A stretch of 64,000 nt of DNA from Candidatus Binatia bacterium (lineage in GTDB: Bacteria; Desulfobacterota; Binatia; HRBIN30). Below are positions 48,864 through 57,848 of the stretch, piece by piece. How positions within the stretch are numbered: position 1 is the first letter of the stretch; each line of letters begins with the position of its first letter. A program made the position numbers and the translations under genes. Under the pieces are notes generated by a model that was given only the letters and a program-made list of their open reading frames with translations, was not told where the DNA came from and did no database searches. Location: assembly GCA_038245295.1 (NCBI GenBank), contig JBBRSP010000015.1:55603-119602 (forward strand), in the 5' to 3' direction.

Positions 48864-49457
48864 ATGACACACCAACCATTGCGAGGCACACTCGCCCGAG
48901 GCGCAAATGGGTTGCTCATTCTGCTCATCTTGCTCGCCTGCGCCTCGTGCGGCGACGACGGCGAGAGTCGCGCGACGCAACAGCAGGTACTGGCCGACGA
49001 TATTCCCGTGGCGCACACTCCTGTCGGTGGCTACGGCTCGACGTTCCCAGCGCCGATTCTGGCGCGCTGCACCGAGCCCCTGGTCGCCGGTGCGCCGGAT
49101 TTGCGCGGCTCCTGGGGTGTCGTCGAAGTGTTGCGCAACGGCCGCCCGGCGCCAACGGATGATCCGGTCTACGCATACGTCGAGCGTATCGAGCAGTGCG
49201 GCAATCGGCTGATCGTCACCGGCGGCGGCGTGATCCACGATATGCGCTGTGATGGAACCATCGAGCATGGTGTTCATGACGTTGCCCAGGCCGACTTCAC
49301 AACGCCCATCACGGTGGTGGCAACCTACGAGAATGAAGTCCACACCCTGCGTCCCGTCGGCATCAACGTCGTGGTCACCCGTCAGCTCGATGGCAGCGAC
49401 ATGGTCTGGCACTACCTCAACTTCGTCGCCCGCCTGCGCCACATTCCACCACTGTGA
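48864..49457 (+). CDS. Hypothetical lipoprotein
   Basis: 'LLILLILLAC' lipobox-like; 'IPVAHTP', 'PDLRGSW', 'ERIEQCGNR'; GAGGA RBS. Confidence 0.7.
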   Translation: MTHQPLRGTLARGANGLLILLILLACASCGDDGESRATQQQVLADDIPVAHTPVGGYGSTFPAPILARCTEPLVAGAPDLRGSWGVVEVLRNGRPAPTDDPVYAYVERIEQCGNRLIVTGGGVIHDMRCDGTIEHGVHDVAQADFTTPITVVATYENEVHTLRPVGINVVVTRQLDGSDMVWHYLNFVARLRHIPPL

Positions 49458-50695
49458 GCGGCGGCGAACACGTCAACATCGCGAGCACCGCGCCGCGGAG
49501 TAGGCCGGAGGAGTCGTGGGTCCTATGGGGCTCGCAACTGTCGCCCTTCGCCCTCAAGGTGGAAGCGCTCCTGCGCTTCACCGGCGTTCCGTTTCGCTGG
49601 CTACCGGCCAGCGCAGCAACGTTAGAGGCCATGCGTTTCGACAGCCGCCGTCGCAGCCTGGTAGCCGGCCGCTTGCCACTTACCTGGCCTCGACTGACGG
49701 AGCTCGACGAGTTCCCTTTGGTGCCGTTTCTGTTCGGCCCGAGCGGTGAGAACCTCTACGACTCTTCGGCTATCGGCGCCTGGCTCGACACCCGCGCCCC
49801 ACATCCGAAACAACGTGCCGGCGCGCTGCTGCCGTCGGACGATGCCGCGCTGCGTTTCGTCGTTCGACTGATCGACGAAGCACTCGACGAAGTCGGGCTC
49901 TACCTCGTGCATCACAACCGCTGGGTAGTGGCGGCGCGCGACAACGACGCCGGACAGCGACTGTCGCGCGAGATGCGCCCGCTATTTGGTCCGCTGGCGT
50001 TTCTCGTCGCTTATTTCTTTCCAGCCCGACAGGTCCGCCGCCTGCCCTATCTCTTCAGCGCCGCCGATCCGACGAGCACAGAGTTCAACGACTTGCCGGC
50101 ACGCCTACGTCCTCCGTCGCATACCGGCTTTCCGCCGACACATGCGTTGCTGAAACAAGCATTCTCGGCGTTGTTGTCGGCGATCGAGCCAGTGTTGTCG
50201 CGTCGCCCCTATCTGCTGGGGGCGCGTTTCACCTTGGCCGATGCGAGTCTTTACGGACAACTCGGGATGAACCGCCTCGACCCGAGTGCTCGCGCGTTGA
50301 TTGCAGCTGAGGCACCAGCGACACAGGCCTGGATCGAGCGCCTGGCACACGGTGATTTCGAGCAACACCAACCCGACGCACCGTTGACCTTGGACGCGGA
50401 TCTCGCGCCGCTGCTCGACTGGATTTGCCGCGTCTTCGTGCCCCTGATGCGACAGAACGAGGCGGCCTGGGAGCGCCACCGCGCCGCCGGCGAGACACGA
50501 TTCAACGAGGCCGCCTTTGATGCGGGTCGCTCGTTGTACGATGGTGTTTTGCTCGGTCGCCCGTTTCGCCAGGTGGCGAAGTCCTTCCAGGTGCGTGTTT
50601 GGCGCGACCTACGCCGCGAGTGGGATGAGCTCGAACCAAGCGACAGGGATCGTCTCGAAATGCTGCTACCGCCGGCTCACGGCTTGGCACGATGA
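49454..50695 (+). CDS. Glutathione S-transferase-family protein (long type)
   Basis: 'LWGSQLSPFALKV', 'LVPFL', 'YDSSAI', 'YLLGARFTLADASLYGQL'. Confidence 0.82.
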   Translation: MSGGEHVNIASTAPRSRPEESWVLWGSQLSPFALKVEALLRFTGVPFRWLPASAATLEAMRFDSRRRSLVAGRLPLTWPRLTELDEFPLVPFLFGPSGENLYDSSAIGAWLDTRAPHPKQRAGALLPSDDAALRFVVRLIDEALDEVGLYLVHHNRWVVAARDNDAGQRLSREMRPLFGPLAFLVAYFFPARQVRRLPYLFSAADPTSTEFNDLPARLRPPSHTGFPPTHALLKQAFSALLSAIEPVLSRRPYLLGARFTLADASLYGQLGMNRLDPSARALIAAEAPATQAWIERLAHGDFEQHQPDAPLTLDADLAPLLDWICRVFVPLMRQNEAAWERHRAAGETRFNEAAFDAGRSLYDGVLLGRPFRQVAKSFQVRVWRDLRREWDELEPSDRDRLEMLLPPAHGLAR

Positions 50696-50733
50696 TCGGT
50701 TCGCCGGCGGCCCGGGTGGTTCTCCAACCGCTG

Positions 50734-51528
50734 CTAGGGAGTGCGCGGTGTACAGGCCAGTTGTCGCGACAGGGCGACCAAGGTTCCACTCTCGTCCCAG
50801 ATCTCGCCATCTTCTTCCAGGAGACCGCCAAAGATGAAGCGGGTGCGAAATAGACAGCGCAACCAGGTCGATGTGGGACGGGCGCGGACGTGTACCGTGA
50901 GCTCGACTGTTGGGACCCAGCCGGGCGCGAGGACATGGAACACAGCCGGGGGAAACGAATCGGCAATGAGGCCGAGCGCATGTACGTCGGGGACACGACC
51001 GTCGGCAAAGCGGATCCAGCCCAAAACTTCCGCCGGGCCCGACGCGTGCCCGGGCTCGAAGGCCAGATTGGGCATGCGCATGTCGAAGCGATTGATGAAT
51101 TCGAAGCCGTTGCCACCGCGCGATGACGGTTTGATCTGCTCCGGCGGCGGCAAGGGTGGTGGCGCGCCGGCAATCCGCGTCGGGCCGCTCGCCCGGCTCA
51201 AGTCGCCGTACGTCGCCAGCAAACGCACAGTCTCTTTTCCGGCTTGTACCAAGCGGGCCGCTGCCGTCGAAAATTGACGGCCCTGCTTCAGGACCTCGAC
51301 CTCGATGTCGACCGGGCCGGGCGTCGATGGCCGCAGATAGTGCGCCGTAATGGTCAACGGATCGGGGGCTGCGATCGCCTGCCGCAACGCCGCCATGCCG
51401 ACGGCGAGGACGTAGCCCCCGTTCGGCACCGGCCCAATGTTCCAGCGCGCACTGATCGTCCCTGCAAACCGTCCAGGCTCCAAGGCGCGAACGACGGTAT
51501 CTTCGTCGAATGCAAAGCTCTGAGTCAT
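50734..51528 (-). CDS. Acyl-CoA thioesterase (TesB-like double hotdog)
   Basis: 'W.IGPVPNGGY', 'LIADSFPP', 'VPTVELTVHVR', 'EEDGEIWD...ALSRQL'. Confidence 0.85.
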   Translation of the reverse strand: MTQSFAFDEDTVVRALEPGRFAGTISARWNIGPVPNGGYVLAVGMAALRQAIAAPDPLTITAHYLRPSTPGPVDIEVEVLKQGRQFSTAAARLVQAGKETVRLLATYGDLSRASGPTRIAGAPPPLPPPEQIKPSSRGGNGFEFINRFDMRMPNLAFEPGHASGPAEVLGWIRFADGRVPDVHALGLIADSFPPAVFHVLAPGWVPTVELTVHVRARPTSTWLRCLFRTRFIFGGLLEEDGEIWDESGTLVALSRQLACTPRTP

Positions 51529-51613
51529 TGGACCGCAGGCTCGCCCAGGATCAAAGCTTGGGCAATCCGGGTGCGGCGTCCAAGGGCGCAGCGAACGCCC
51601 GACCCACGACGCC

Positions 51614-52525
51614 CTACCCCCGACCGGAGGACGAATGCGTATCGGTCGAACGCAGCGTCGCACTGCCTGTAACGGCGCGTTCACCGGACGCGTGCTCGAT
51701 GACGAGATCAACGACGACGCGCTCACCGTCGGGCTGCGAATGGTGTTCCACGATGGCACCACGCAGGACGAGATGATCGCCGCTGATCGTCGGCTGACGA
51801 AACGTGCTGCCGAGGCGTTCGAGATGAAAGCCGCGTAACTCGCGCCACAAGAACTGTTCGAGAAACGCCGTCAGCATGGGACCCGGCACGACGATGCCGC
51901 GAAAACCCAGAGAACGGGCGTATGAAACGTCGGAGAACAGATTTTCCCGCATGTCGCCCGTGCCAATGTAGCGCGCCACCTCCGACTCGGTGGCGCTGGG
52001 GCGTTCCCAAGGACCGATCTCGTCACCCAGCTCGACCGCGACGCGTCGCGAGCCCGACGCGGCAGCCTCATTGGCGAGCGGCAGCAACTCACCGCGATCC
52101 GGTGCCGCCGGAGCAACCCCTGGCGCGCGCACGATCTGACGCTCGGCGATGCGCACGGCGACAACTCCGGCGTCATCGCAGATCTCGGCGGTGCGTTCGA
52201 CAACGGTAAGCGACCCACTGCGCCCGCTCTTTTCGAAAATGTCGTTGATCCAGCCCCGGCTGCGATAGATACGGCCGATCTCGATTGGCTGATAGAGCTC
52301 GATATCGTGGCCACCGTAGACCCCGAAGGTCCCCGGCGGCAGCGTGATCTCCGGCGCCATGCCGCGCCGCATTATCAGGCAATACGTCGGCGGCGCCGGG
52401 GAGCCAACTCTCGGATCACCGACAGCGGCGCGATACGCCGCTACTAGCGCGGCGGTGACCTCGACGGTGCCGAGGTCGACGGCGCGTCCAAGCAGACCGT
52501 GATCGAACCAGGCAGGCGAGTTCAC
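51614..52525 (-). CDS. Fused MaoC-type double-hotdog dehydratase
   Basis: 'APPTY', 'EKSGRSGSL', 'SYARSLGFRGIVVPGPM'; GTG 52525 overlaps the mbnH stop (GTGA). Confidence 0.75.
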   Translation of the reverse strand: MNSPAWFDHGLLGRAVDLGTVEVTAALVAAYRAAVGDPRVGSPAPPTYCLIMRRGMAPEITLPPGTFGVYGGHDIELYQPIEIGRIYRSRGWINDIFEKSGRSGSLTVVERTAEICDDAGVVAVRIAERQIVRAPGVAPAAPDRGELLPLANEAAASGSRRVAVELGDEIGPWERPSATESEVARYIGTGDMRENLFSDVSYARSLGFRGIVVPGPMLTAFLEQFLWRELRGFHLERLGSTFRQPTISGDHLVLRGAIVEHHSQPDGERVVVDLVIEHASGERAVTGSATLRSTDTHSSSGRG

Positions 52526-53853
52526 GGCGTCGGTGTCGGCGGCGGCGGACACGCCCCAAGGGCCCGGTTCACGGCAAGCAACAACTCATCGATGGTAACA
52601 TCGCCATCGCCATTCGCGTCGGCGCCAACGCAGTCGGCCAGCGTCGCTTCACCCAGAGCGATGCGAACGGCATTGATGATCTCATCGACCGTGACGTCCG
52701 CATCGCCGTTGCAATTACCGGCGCACTGCCCCGGCGCAAACGGATCTCCGAACGCCGGATTGGTGAGGAACTCGTCGTCGGTGAGGGTGGCGAGGAAGTC
52801 GAGCAGGTTCTGGCGTTCGTCGTTGCTGAGGGTGAAGCCGCGCACAAAGCCGCTCTTGAAGGGGCTGGCTCGTCCGTCGCCGGCATAGGGTCCCTCGGTG
52901 ATATTGTGCCCGCCGGCCGCATAGTGATCGATGACATCATCGATCGTCGCCAACGAACCGTCGTGCATATACGGCGCCGTCTTCATGATGTTGCGTAACG
53001 TCGGCGCCTTGAAGCTACCCATGTCGCTCGGAATGTTGGTGATCGAAAAGATACCCTGGTTGTCGGGCGGATAGGCGCCGGTGCCGCCGATATTGAACAG
53101 CCCGTTGTTCTGAAACGAGGTCTCGTCGAACTCCTTCCCTTCGAAGGTCACGGAAACGGCAAAGGCGAACGGGCCGTGACAGTGAAAGCACTCGAGACGC
53201 TCGGAGAAAAACAACCGACCACCGAGAAAGGCCGAGTCGGAGATGGCGTGATCGTCGAGCCCCTGCGTGTAGCGATCATAGGGCGCGTTGCCGGAGATCA
53301 GAGTGCGGACGAAGGTCGTCAACGCGGCGACCAGATTACCCAGGTTGATGGGATCGGCCCCACCCGGGAACGCATCGGCGAAGAGGCGCACGTAGCGCGG
53401 GTCGGCGCGTAGGCGATCGAGTAGCTCATCTTCGCGCCCGGCCAGACCCAGCTCCACAGGATGTTCTCCGAACATTGGTAACAGCACCTGCTTCTCGAGC
53501 GTCGTCAGCAAGGGATTGGCCCACGCCAAGCTGGCGCCGTAGGCGACGTTGGCCAGACTCATCGAGCCACGCGGGTGAATCTCGCCGGTCGAACCGACAC
53601 CGTGCGGTAAACCGTCGGTAAACGCCAGATCCTGGCGATGGCACGAAGCGCACGACTGCGTCAGGTTGCCCGACATCCGCGTGTCGTAAAACAGGAACCG
53701 ACCGAGCGTGACCTTTTCATTACTGGGCGGGTTCTCGGTCGAGACCTTCGGTGTCGGAAATCCTGGGGGAAGGTTCCAGTTGAACGGCTTGGCGTGCGCC
53801 ACCGACGCGAGCAGGATCGCCGCAAACAGGAAGCTGGCTTTGAGGCAACGCAT
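52522..53853 (-). CDS. mbnH: MbnH-type di-heme enzyme (MauG/CcP superfamily) with C-terminal dockerin-like module
   Basis: Signal peptide, 'LGRFLFYDTRMS', CASCH and CFHCH, 'FKAPTLRN...APYMHDGS', 'GPYAGDG'; adjacent to mbnP. Confidence 0.88.
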   Translation of the reverse strand: MRCLKASFLFAAILLASVAHAKPFNWNLPPGFPTPKVSTENPPSNEKVTLGRFLFYDTRMSGNLTQSCASCHRQDLAFTDGLPHGVGSTGEIHPRGSMSLANVAYGASLAWANPLLTTLEKQVLLPMFGEHPVELGLAGREDELLDRLRADPRYVRLFADAFPGGADPINLGNLVAALTTFVRTLISGNAPYDRYTQGLDDHAISDSAFLGGRLFFSERLECFHCHGPFAFAVSVTFEGKEFDETSFQNNGLFNIGGTGAYPPDNQGIFSITNIPSDMGSFKAPTLRNIMKTAPYMHDGSLATIDDVIDHYAAGGHNITEGPYAGDGRASPFKSGFVRGFTLSNDERQNLLDFLATLTDDEFLTNPAFGDPFAPGQCAGNCNGDADVTVDEIINAVRIALGEATLADCVGADANGDGDVTIDELLLAVNRALGACPPPPTPTP

Positions 53854-53859
53854 CAGGAC

Positions 53860-54816
53860 CTAGTCCACCCGGAAGAACTTCTGCAGCGCCGGCACCGGCT
53901 GACCGTTTTCGAAGTGAACGCCAAGGTTGCGCAGGATCGGCGCACAGTCGCTATCATTCGGATCCGACATGCAGCCCGGCGGCGTGTCGGGTTGGTTGCT
54001 GTTGAGATCGGAGTCGGCCAGCAGCGCCGCGAGATCGGCGACGATCACCTGCGTGCTCGGATCGAAATCGTCGAGCCAGATCTCGGCACGGTTCGGGCGC
54101 GCACAGCCGGCCACGACGTTCGGACGCGAGTAGGTGCAACCGGTGCTGCCGAGGTGGACGCGCAAGTTGTCGAAGGCTGTGTCGACGCGCAGGAATTTGT
54201 AGCCGTCCTGCCAGCTCCAGAACAATCCGCTCAAGTTGAGCGGTGACGGAGCAATCGCCTGATCGTTGTGATTGCGCGCGAACGGCACACCCAGGGTGAA
54301 ACGCACACCGCGATAGGTCCCGGGCGCCACCGATCCGTGGACCTCCGAGTTCGTTGGTGCCGTGCCGGCGGTGCACGGGCGCACCTTGTTCTCGAAGTCG
54401 ATGAGGGCGATGTCATCGACCTGCCAGCGGTGATCCTGATCGAGACGCACGCTGACTTCGCGATAGTCGGAGGTCACCAGACGGAAGTTCGATACGTAGA
54501 AACGGAAGTCGGAAGGCACCAATGTCGCCTGAGTCGTGCCGATGTTGTCGTAGGCTTGGCCGCAAGCGAACTCTTGATCACCGACCATGCCTTTGAAGCG
54601 GATCGTCAACGGCTGAAAAGCGCAGTCGCTCACGCCATTGTTCACGGCGACCACCAGCTCGTCGATGGTCACGGCGCCATCGCTGTTACCGTCGCCGACA
54701 CACTGCCCATAGGCATCGAAGGCCAGACTCGATGGCTGCGCGGCTGCGATGCCGCAGCCGACAACCACCAGAACTGCCGTCGCCATTGATCGAAGGACTT
54801 GGTTGAAGATGTTCAT
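53860..54816 (-). CDS. mbnP: MbnP-family copper-binding protein with N-terminal half dockerin-like module
   Basis: 'DFRFYVSN', 'LIDFEN', 'FTLGVPF', WxW 'FWSWQDGYKF', 'HLGSTGC', 'CARPNR', 'GCMS'. Confidence 0.88.
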   Translation of the reverse strand: MNIFNQVLRSMATAVLVVVGCGIAAAQPSSLAFDAYGQCVGDGNSDGAVTIDELVVAVNNGVSDCAFQPLTIRFKGMVGDQEFACGQAYDNIGTTQATLVPSDFRFYVSNFRLVTSDYREVSVRLDQDHRWQVDDIALIDFENKVRPCTAGTAPTNSEVHGSVAPGTYRGVRFTLGVPFARNHNDQAIAPSPLNLSGLFWSWQDGYKFLRVDTAFDNLRVHLGSTGCTYSRPNVVAGCARPNRAEIWLDDFDPSTQVIVADLAALLADSDLNSNQPDTPPGCMSDPNDSDCAPILRNLGVHFENGQPVPALQKFFRVD

Positions 54817-54839
54817 CGGTTTCTCACGGTGCCATATGG

Positions 54840-54893
54840 GCGACACGTATGCCAACCCACCGAGCACAAACATACTGGCTCAATTATTTGAGC
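54840..54893 (-). promoter_or_regulatory. Candidate sigma54-like promoter and upstream palindrome for mbnPH
   Basis: Minus-strand TTGGCATACGTGTCGC (54855-54840) has correct GG/GC spacing; GCTCAA-TTAT-TTGAGC at 54878-54893. Confidence 0.35.
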
Positions 54894-54915
54894 GCTTTAT
54901 GGCGCTGGATTCGTG

Positions 54916-56508
54916 TCAACTCACCTTACTACCGCACCGCATCTCGACCGTGCCGAGCATCGGGAACTCCTTGTAGCCGAGATCTGCCAGGCTGACGTGC
55001 GGATCGATTGCCGGCACGTAGCACATGTAATGCGCGCACTGCGGATCGTTGACATCGGTGACCCGGCGTACCGCAGTCGCAATGTCGAAGGCACGCTCCA
55101 ACGGTTCGCCGCGAACCATCGCCTCCGGATGGTACTCCCGAGATAGAAAGATGCAGACCGGGGCGCCATCCAAGCGTTGGCGCAGTTCAACGAGCCCATC
55201 GACGAACGTGTACCCGGTGCGCCCGGGTCGGATCTTTGTCGTCAGATCGACGATCGCAAACGATGACCACACGGCGATCACGACGAGCACAACCGGTAGG
55301 CTCTTCAGCCACCGTTGAAACGGCAGGAACACGAAGTAGGTGGCCATTGGGATCAACACGAGGGCGCGCTTGACCGAAATAACGAAGTACGGTCCCTGAG
55401 TGACACTCATGAACAGCAACTGCACCACGTAGAATGCCAAAATCAGCCGCGCGCCGGGGAAGCGTCGCGAAAAGGTCGGGGCCAACAGAATTCCCGGGAT
55501 GAACAACCAGCGGAACCACTGAGGTAACTGCGGCCCGAAGGCGCCGGCGCTCTCCTGATCGGAGTAGAACGGCATGATCAACGCCTGCCAGAACAACCTG
55601 AACGGCGACCCGGAATCCTCGCCGCGGCGAAGCAGGCTGAGCATCTCGGCGCCCTGACCACGGCACATCTGCAAGAGGACCGGCAATCCGACGATCAGCA
55701 CGAGGCCGGCAGCAAGGAATGCGTTCGCCAATGGCCAGCGCCGGCGCAGCGCCAGGATCCCGAGCCACGCCCAGATGCTGAGCCCGAGGATCCAGGAGTT
55801 TGGTGTCAGAAACAACATCATGCCGGTGCTGAGTCCGAGCAACAGCCAGGCGGTCCGCGACTCCGGCTCGGCACGAATCCACAACGCGATCGCCAGAATC
55901 AGGTGACCAATAGCGATGGCATCGATGAGCGGATACGAGCAATACGTATGCACCAGGGTGACCGACGTAGTGAGGCTGCAGGCCGCCACCAGCAGTCCGA
56001 AGCGCGGGTGCACCAGTCGCGCATAAACGGAGTAGACCGCGGCAAAAGACAGCGCGCCGAAAATGATCTGCCCGAAGCGGTGCCAATAATGGCTCGGCTC
56101 GAACAGCACCATGAAGATGTCGTGGGCGACCATCTGGGTGTAACTGAACTGCGCCACACCAAAGATACTGAGGACGCTCTTCGCCGGTCCGGCTTCGGCC
56201 AGATAGATTCCGCCGGTGAGCCAACTCAAGGAATCGCCGGCCATCACCCAGCGCCAGTTCGTCGCAAACTGGGCAAGGACCAAAACGTAGAGGGCATAGG
56301 CCCAGAAGGGCTGCGATAGAGCGGCGATCCGCGATGGGGAACGCTGCCACCAAGCGAACATCCAACCGCACACCGCAACCAACCATGCCAGGTCGACAGT
56401 CGGCTGAAAGGAGTACTCTTCGAAATAGCGATAGAAATAGACGAGAGCCGTGGTGCTGAGAGTCAGGCCTGCGAGCCGGCGAAACATGTCATTCGGCCAT
56501 TTGGCCAT
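54916..56508 (-). CDS. Polytopic membrane protein, probable GT-C fold glycosyltransferase
   Basis: About 12-13 TMs, acidic 'GDS' in the first loop, C-terminal soluble domain; start 56508 or 56487. Confidence 0.6.
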   Translation of the reverse strand: MAKWPNDMFRRLAGLTLSTTALVYFYRYFEEYSFQPTVDLAWLVAVCGWMFAWWQRSPSRIAALSQPFWAYALYVLVLAQFATNWRWVMAGDSLSWLTGGIYLAEAGPAKSVLSIFGVAQFSYTQMVAHDIFMVLFEPSHYWHRFGQIIFGALSFAAVYSVYARLVHPRFGLLVAACSLTTSVTLVHTYCSYPLIDAIAIGHLILAIALWIRAEPESRTAWLLLGLSTGMMLFLTPNSWILGLSIWAWLGILALRRRWPLANAFLAAGLVLIVGLPVLLQMCRGQGAEMLSLLRRGEDSGSPFRLFWQALIMPFYSDQESAGAFGPQLPQWFRWLFIPGILLAPTFSRRFPGARLILAFYVVQLLFMSVTQGPYFVISVKRALVLIPMATYFVFLPFQRWLKSLPVVLVVIAVWSSFAIVDLTTKIRPGRTGYTFVDGLVELRQRLDGAPVCIFLSREYHPEAMVRGEPLERAFDIATAVRRVTDVNDPQCAHYMCYVPAIDPHVSLADLGYKEFPMLGTVEMRCGSKVS

Positions 56509-56548
56509 TTGGCCGTTTGGTCATTTGGTCATTTGGCCATCTGGTCAT
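56490..56548. repeat. 8-bp tandem repeat, about 7.4 copies of CATTTGG(C/T)
   Basis: cattcggc catttggc catttggc cgtttggt catttggt catttggc catctggt cat. Confidence 0.9.
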
Positions 56549-56559
56549 GTTGCGACCGA

Positions 56560-57720
56560 TCATTGGGCGGGTGGTGGTGTTGGCGCCGCCGGGCGCGGCG
56601 GGGTTATCGTCGTCACCGAGGAAGGGGTCATCGTTCCCGAGTTCGGCGTACCGCTGCGGGCGGCGGTTGGTGTTCCCGAGAGTGCCGTCCGAGTTCCTGC
56701 CGGTGCGGTCGGTGTGCCGCGATTTGGTGTCGCCGCCGTGGTGGTTTTGTTGGGCGTCGCAACAGCGGTCGGCGATTCCTCGCTCACTGGTGTCGGCTCC
56801 GCATCCGGGTCCGGGGTATGCACGGGCGTCGGTTGCGCCCGCTGGGGCGCCAGCTGACCAGCACCACGTGGCGTCGGAAACGCCTGCCCTGCATCATTGG
56901 CGCCGGCATAGCCACCGCCGGCGGGCACACCCGCACCCGACGGATATCCCGGCACCGCACCGCCGCCGCCGTTGAACGCGCCCGTCCCACCCCGTCCAAC
57001 AGCGGGGCCCGGGCCAACCGCCGGCTGAGACGGATCTGTTCCATCGGTCTGCGAGAGCTCGACCATGATCTTGATGATCCCGATGTAGTCGTTCTTCCCC
57101 GACTTACCGAACGAGCGCTCGCGCATGAAGTCAAAGTTGAAATCCTTATTGAACCGCTCCGGCGGCAGGAAGCACGCGGCTGTGACGGTGACCCGGTTGA
57201 CGCCATCGTCGTATACGGTTTGCGGCTTGGGGTCGACCTGCTGCAGCCCGAGCGTCAGCAAGATCCCGGTGCGATTGCGGATGATCGCGCCGCCGATGGG
57301 TGCCGCGAATTTGGGGAACAACACGGAAATTCCCGGCGCACTGTTTACCGCGCCGTCGAAGTACAGGTTGAGCGAAAAGGTGAGGTAATCATCGGTGCGC
57401 GTCAGCACCCCCTCCTCGCCCATCATGGTCAAGATGTTCTCGCCATCATTAAGCGGGATATCGATGTTGAAGTCCGGCGCGTTGGCCGGGCCGTACCCGA
57501 AGCAATCCGGCGGTGCGCCTTGCCACACCCCGAGGCCATGCCAGATTCCGCCGGTAGAGGTACGCCATAGCTGCGCCTGCAGCTCACCGTCGAAGCTGGA
57601 GAGGCCGTTCGGGTTGCCGAAGTCATCAGCTGCATGGAGCACGATTCCACTCAGCGACACTGCCTGCGCCGCGGCCTGGGAGACGAACAAGAAGGCGAGC
57701 ACGAGAAGAGAACGCTTCAT
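56560..57720 (-). CDS. Secreted hypothetical protein with Gly- then Pro/Thr-rich C-terminal tail
   Basis: Signal peptide 'MKRSLLVLAFLFVSQAAAQA'; about 200 aa beta-rich domain; repeated TP/GTPT tail. Confidence 0.8.
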   Translation of the reverse strand: MKRSLLVLAFLFVSQAAAQAVSLSGIVLHAADDFGNPNGLSSFDGELQAQLWRTSTGGIWHGLGVWQGAPPDCFGYGPANAPDFNIDIPLNDGENILTMMGEEGVLTRTDDYLTFSLNLYFDGAVNSAPGISVLFPKFAAPIGGAIIRNRTGILLTLGLQQVDPKPQTVYDDGVNRVTVTAACFLPPERFNKDFNFDFMRERSFGKSGKNDYIGIIKIMVELSQTDGTDPSQPAVGPGPAVGRGGTGAFNGGGGAVPGYPSGAGVPAGGGYAGANDAGQAFPTPRGAGQLAPQRAQPTPVHTPDPDAEPTPVSEESPTAVATPNKTTTAATPNRGTPTAPAGTRTALSGTPTAARSGTPNSGTMTPSSVTTITPPRPAAPTPPPAQ

Positions 57721-57848
57721 GGGTCCGGGATGTTAGCTGCGCGAGGGCAGGCAACTCAAGCGACCGACGTACGGAGGATGGCGGCGGCGAAAGCCGACCG
57801 CCACAGGTGTTGGCAAGCACAGCGCCAGCGTCTACCTATGCGGCCTCC

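Noticed and set aside
52522..54816. Methanobactin biosynthetic cluster
   Set aside because: No mbnA, mbnB, mbnC or transporter nearby; mbnPH commonly occur without them
56490..56548. CRISPR array
   Set aside because: 8-bp units without spacers; no cas genes or CRISPR-like array seen in the window
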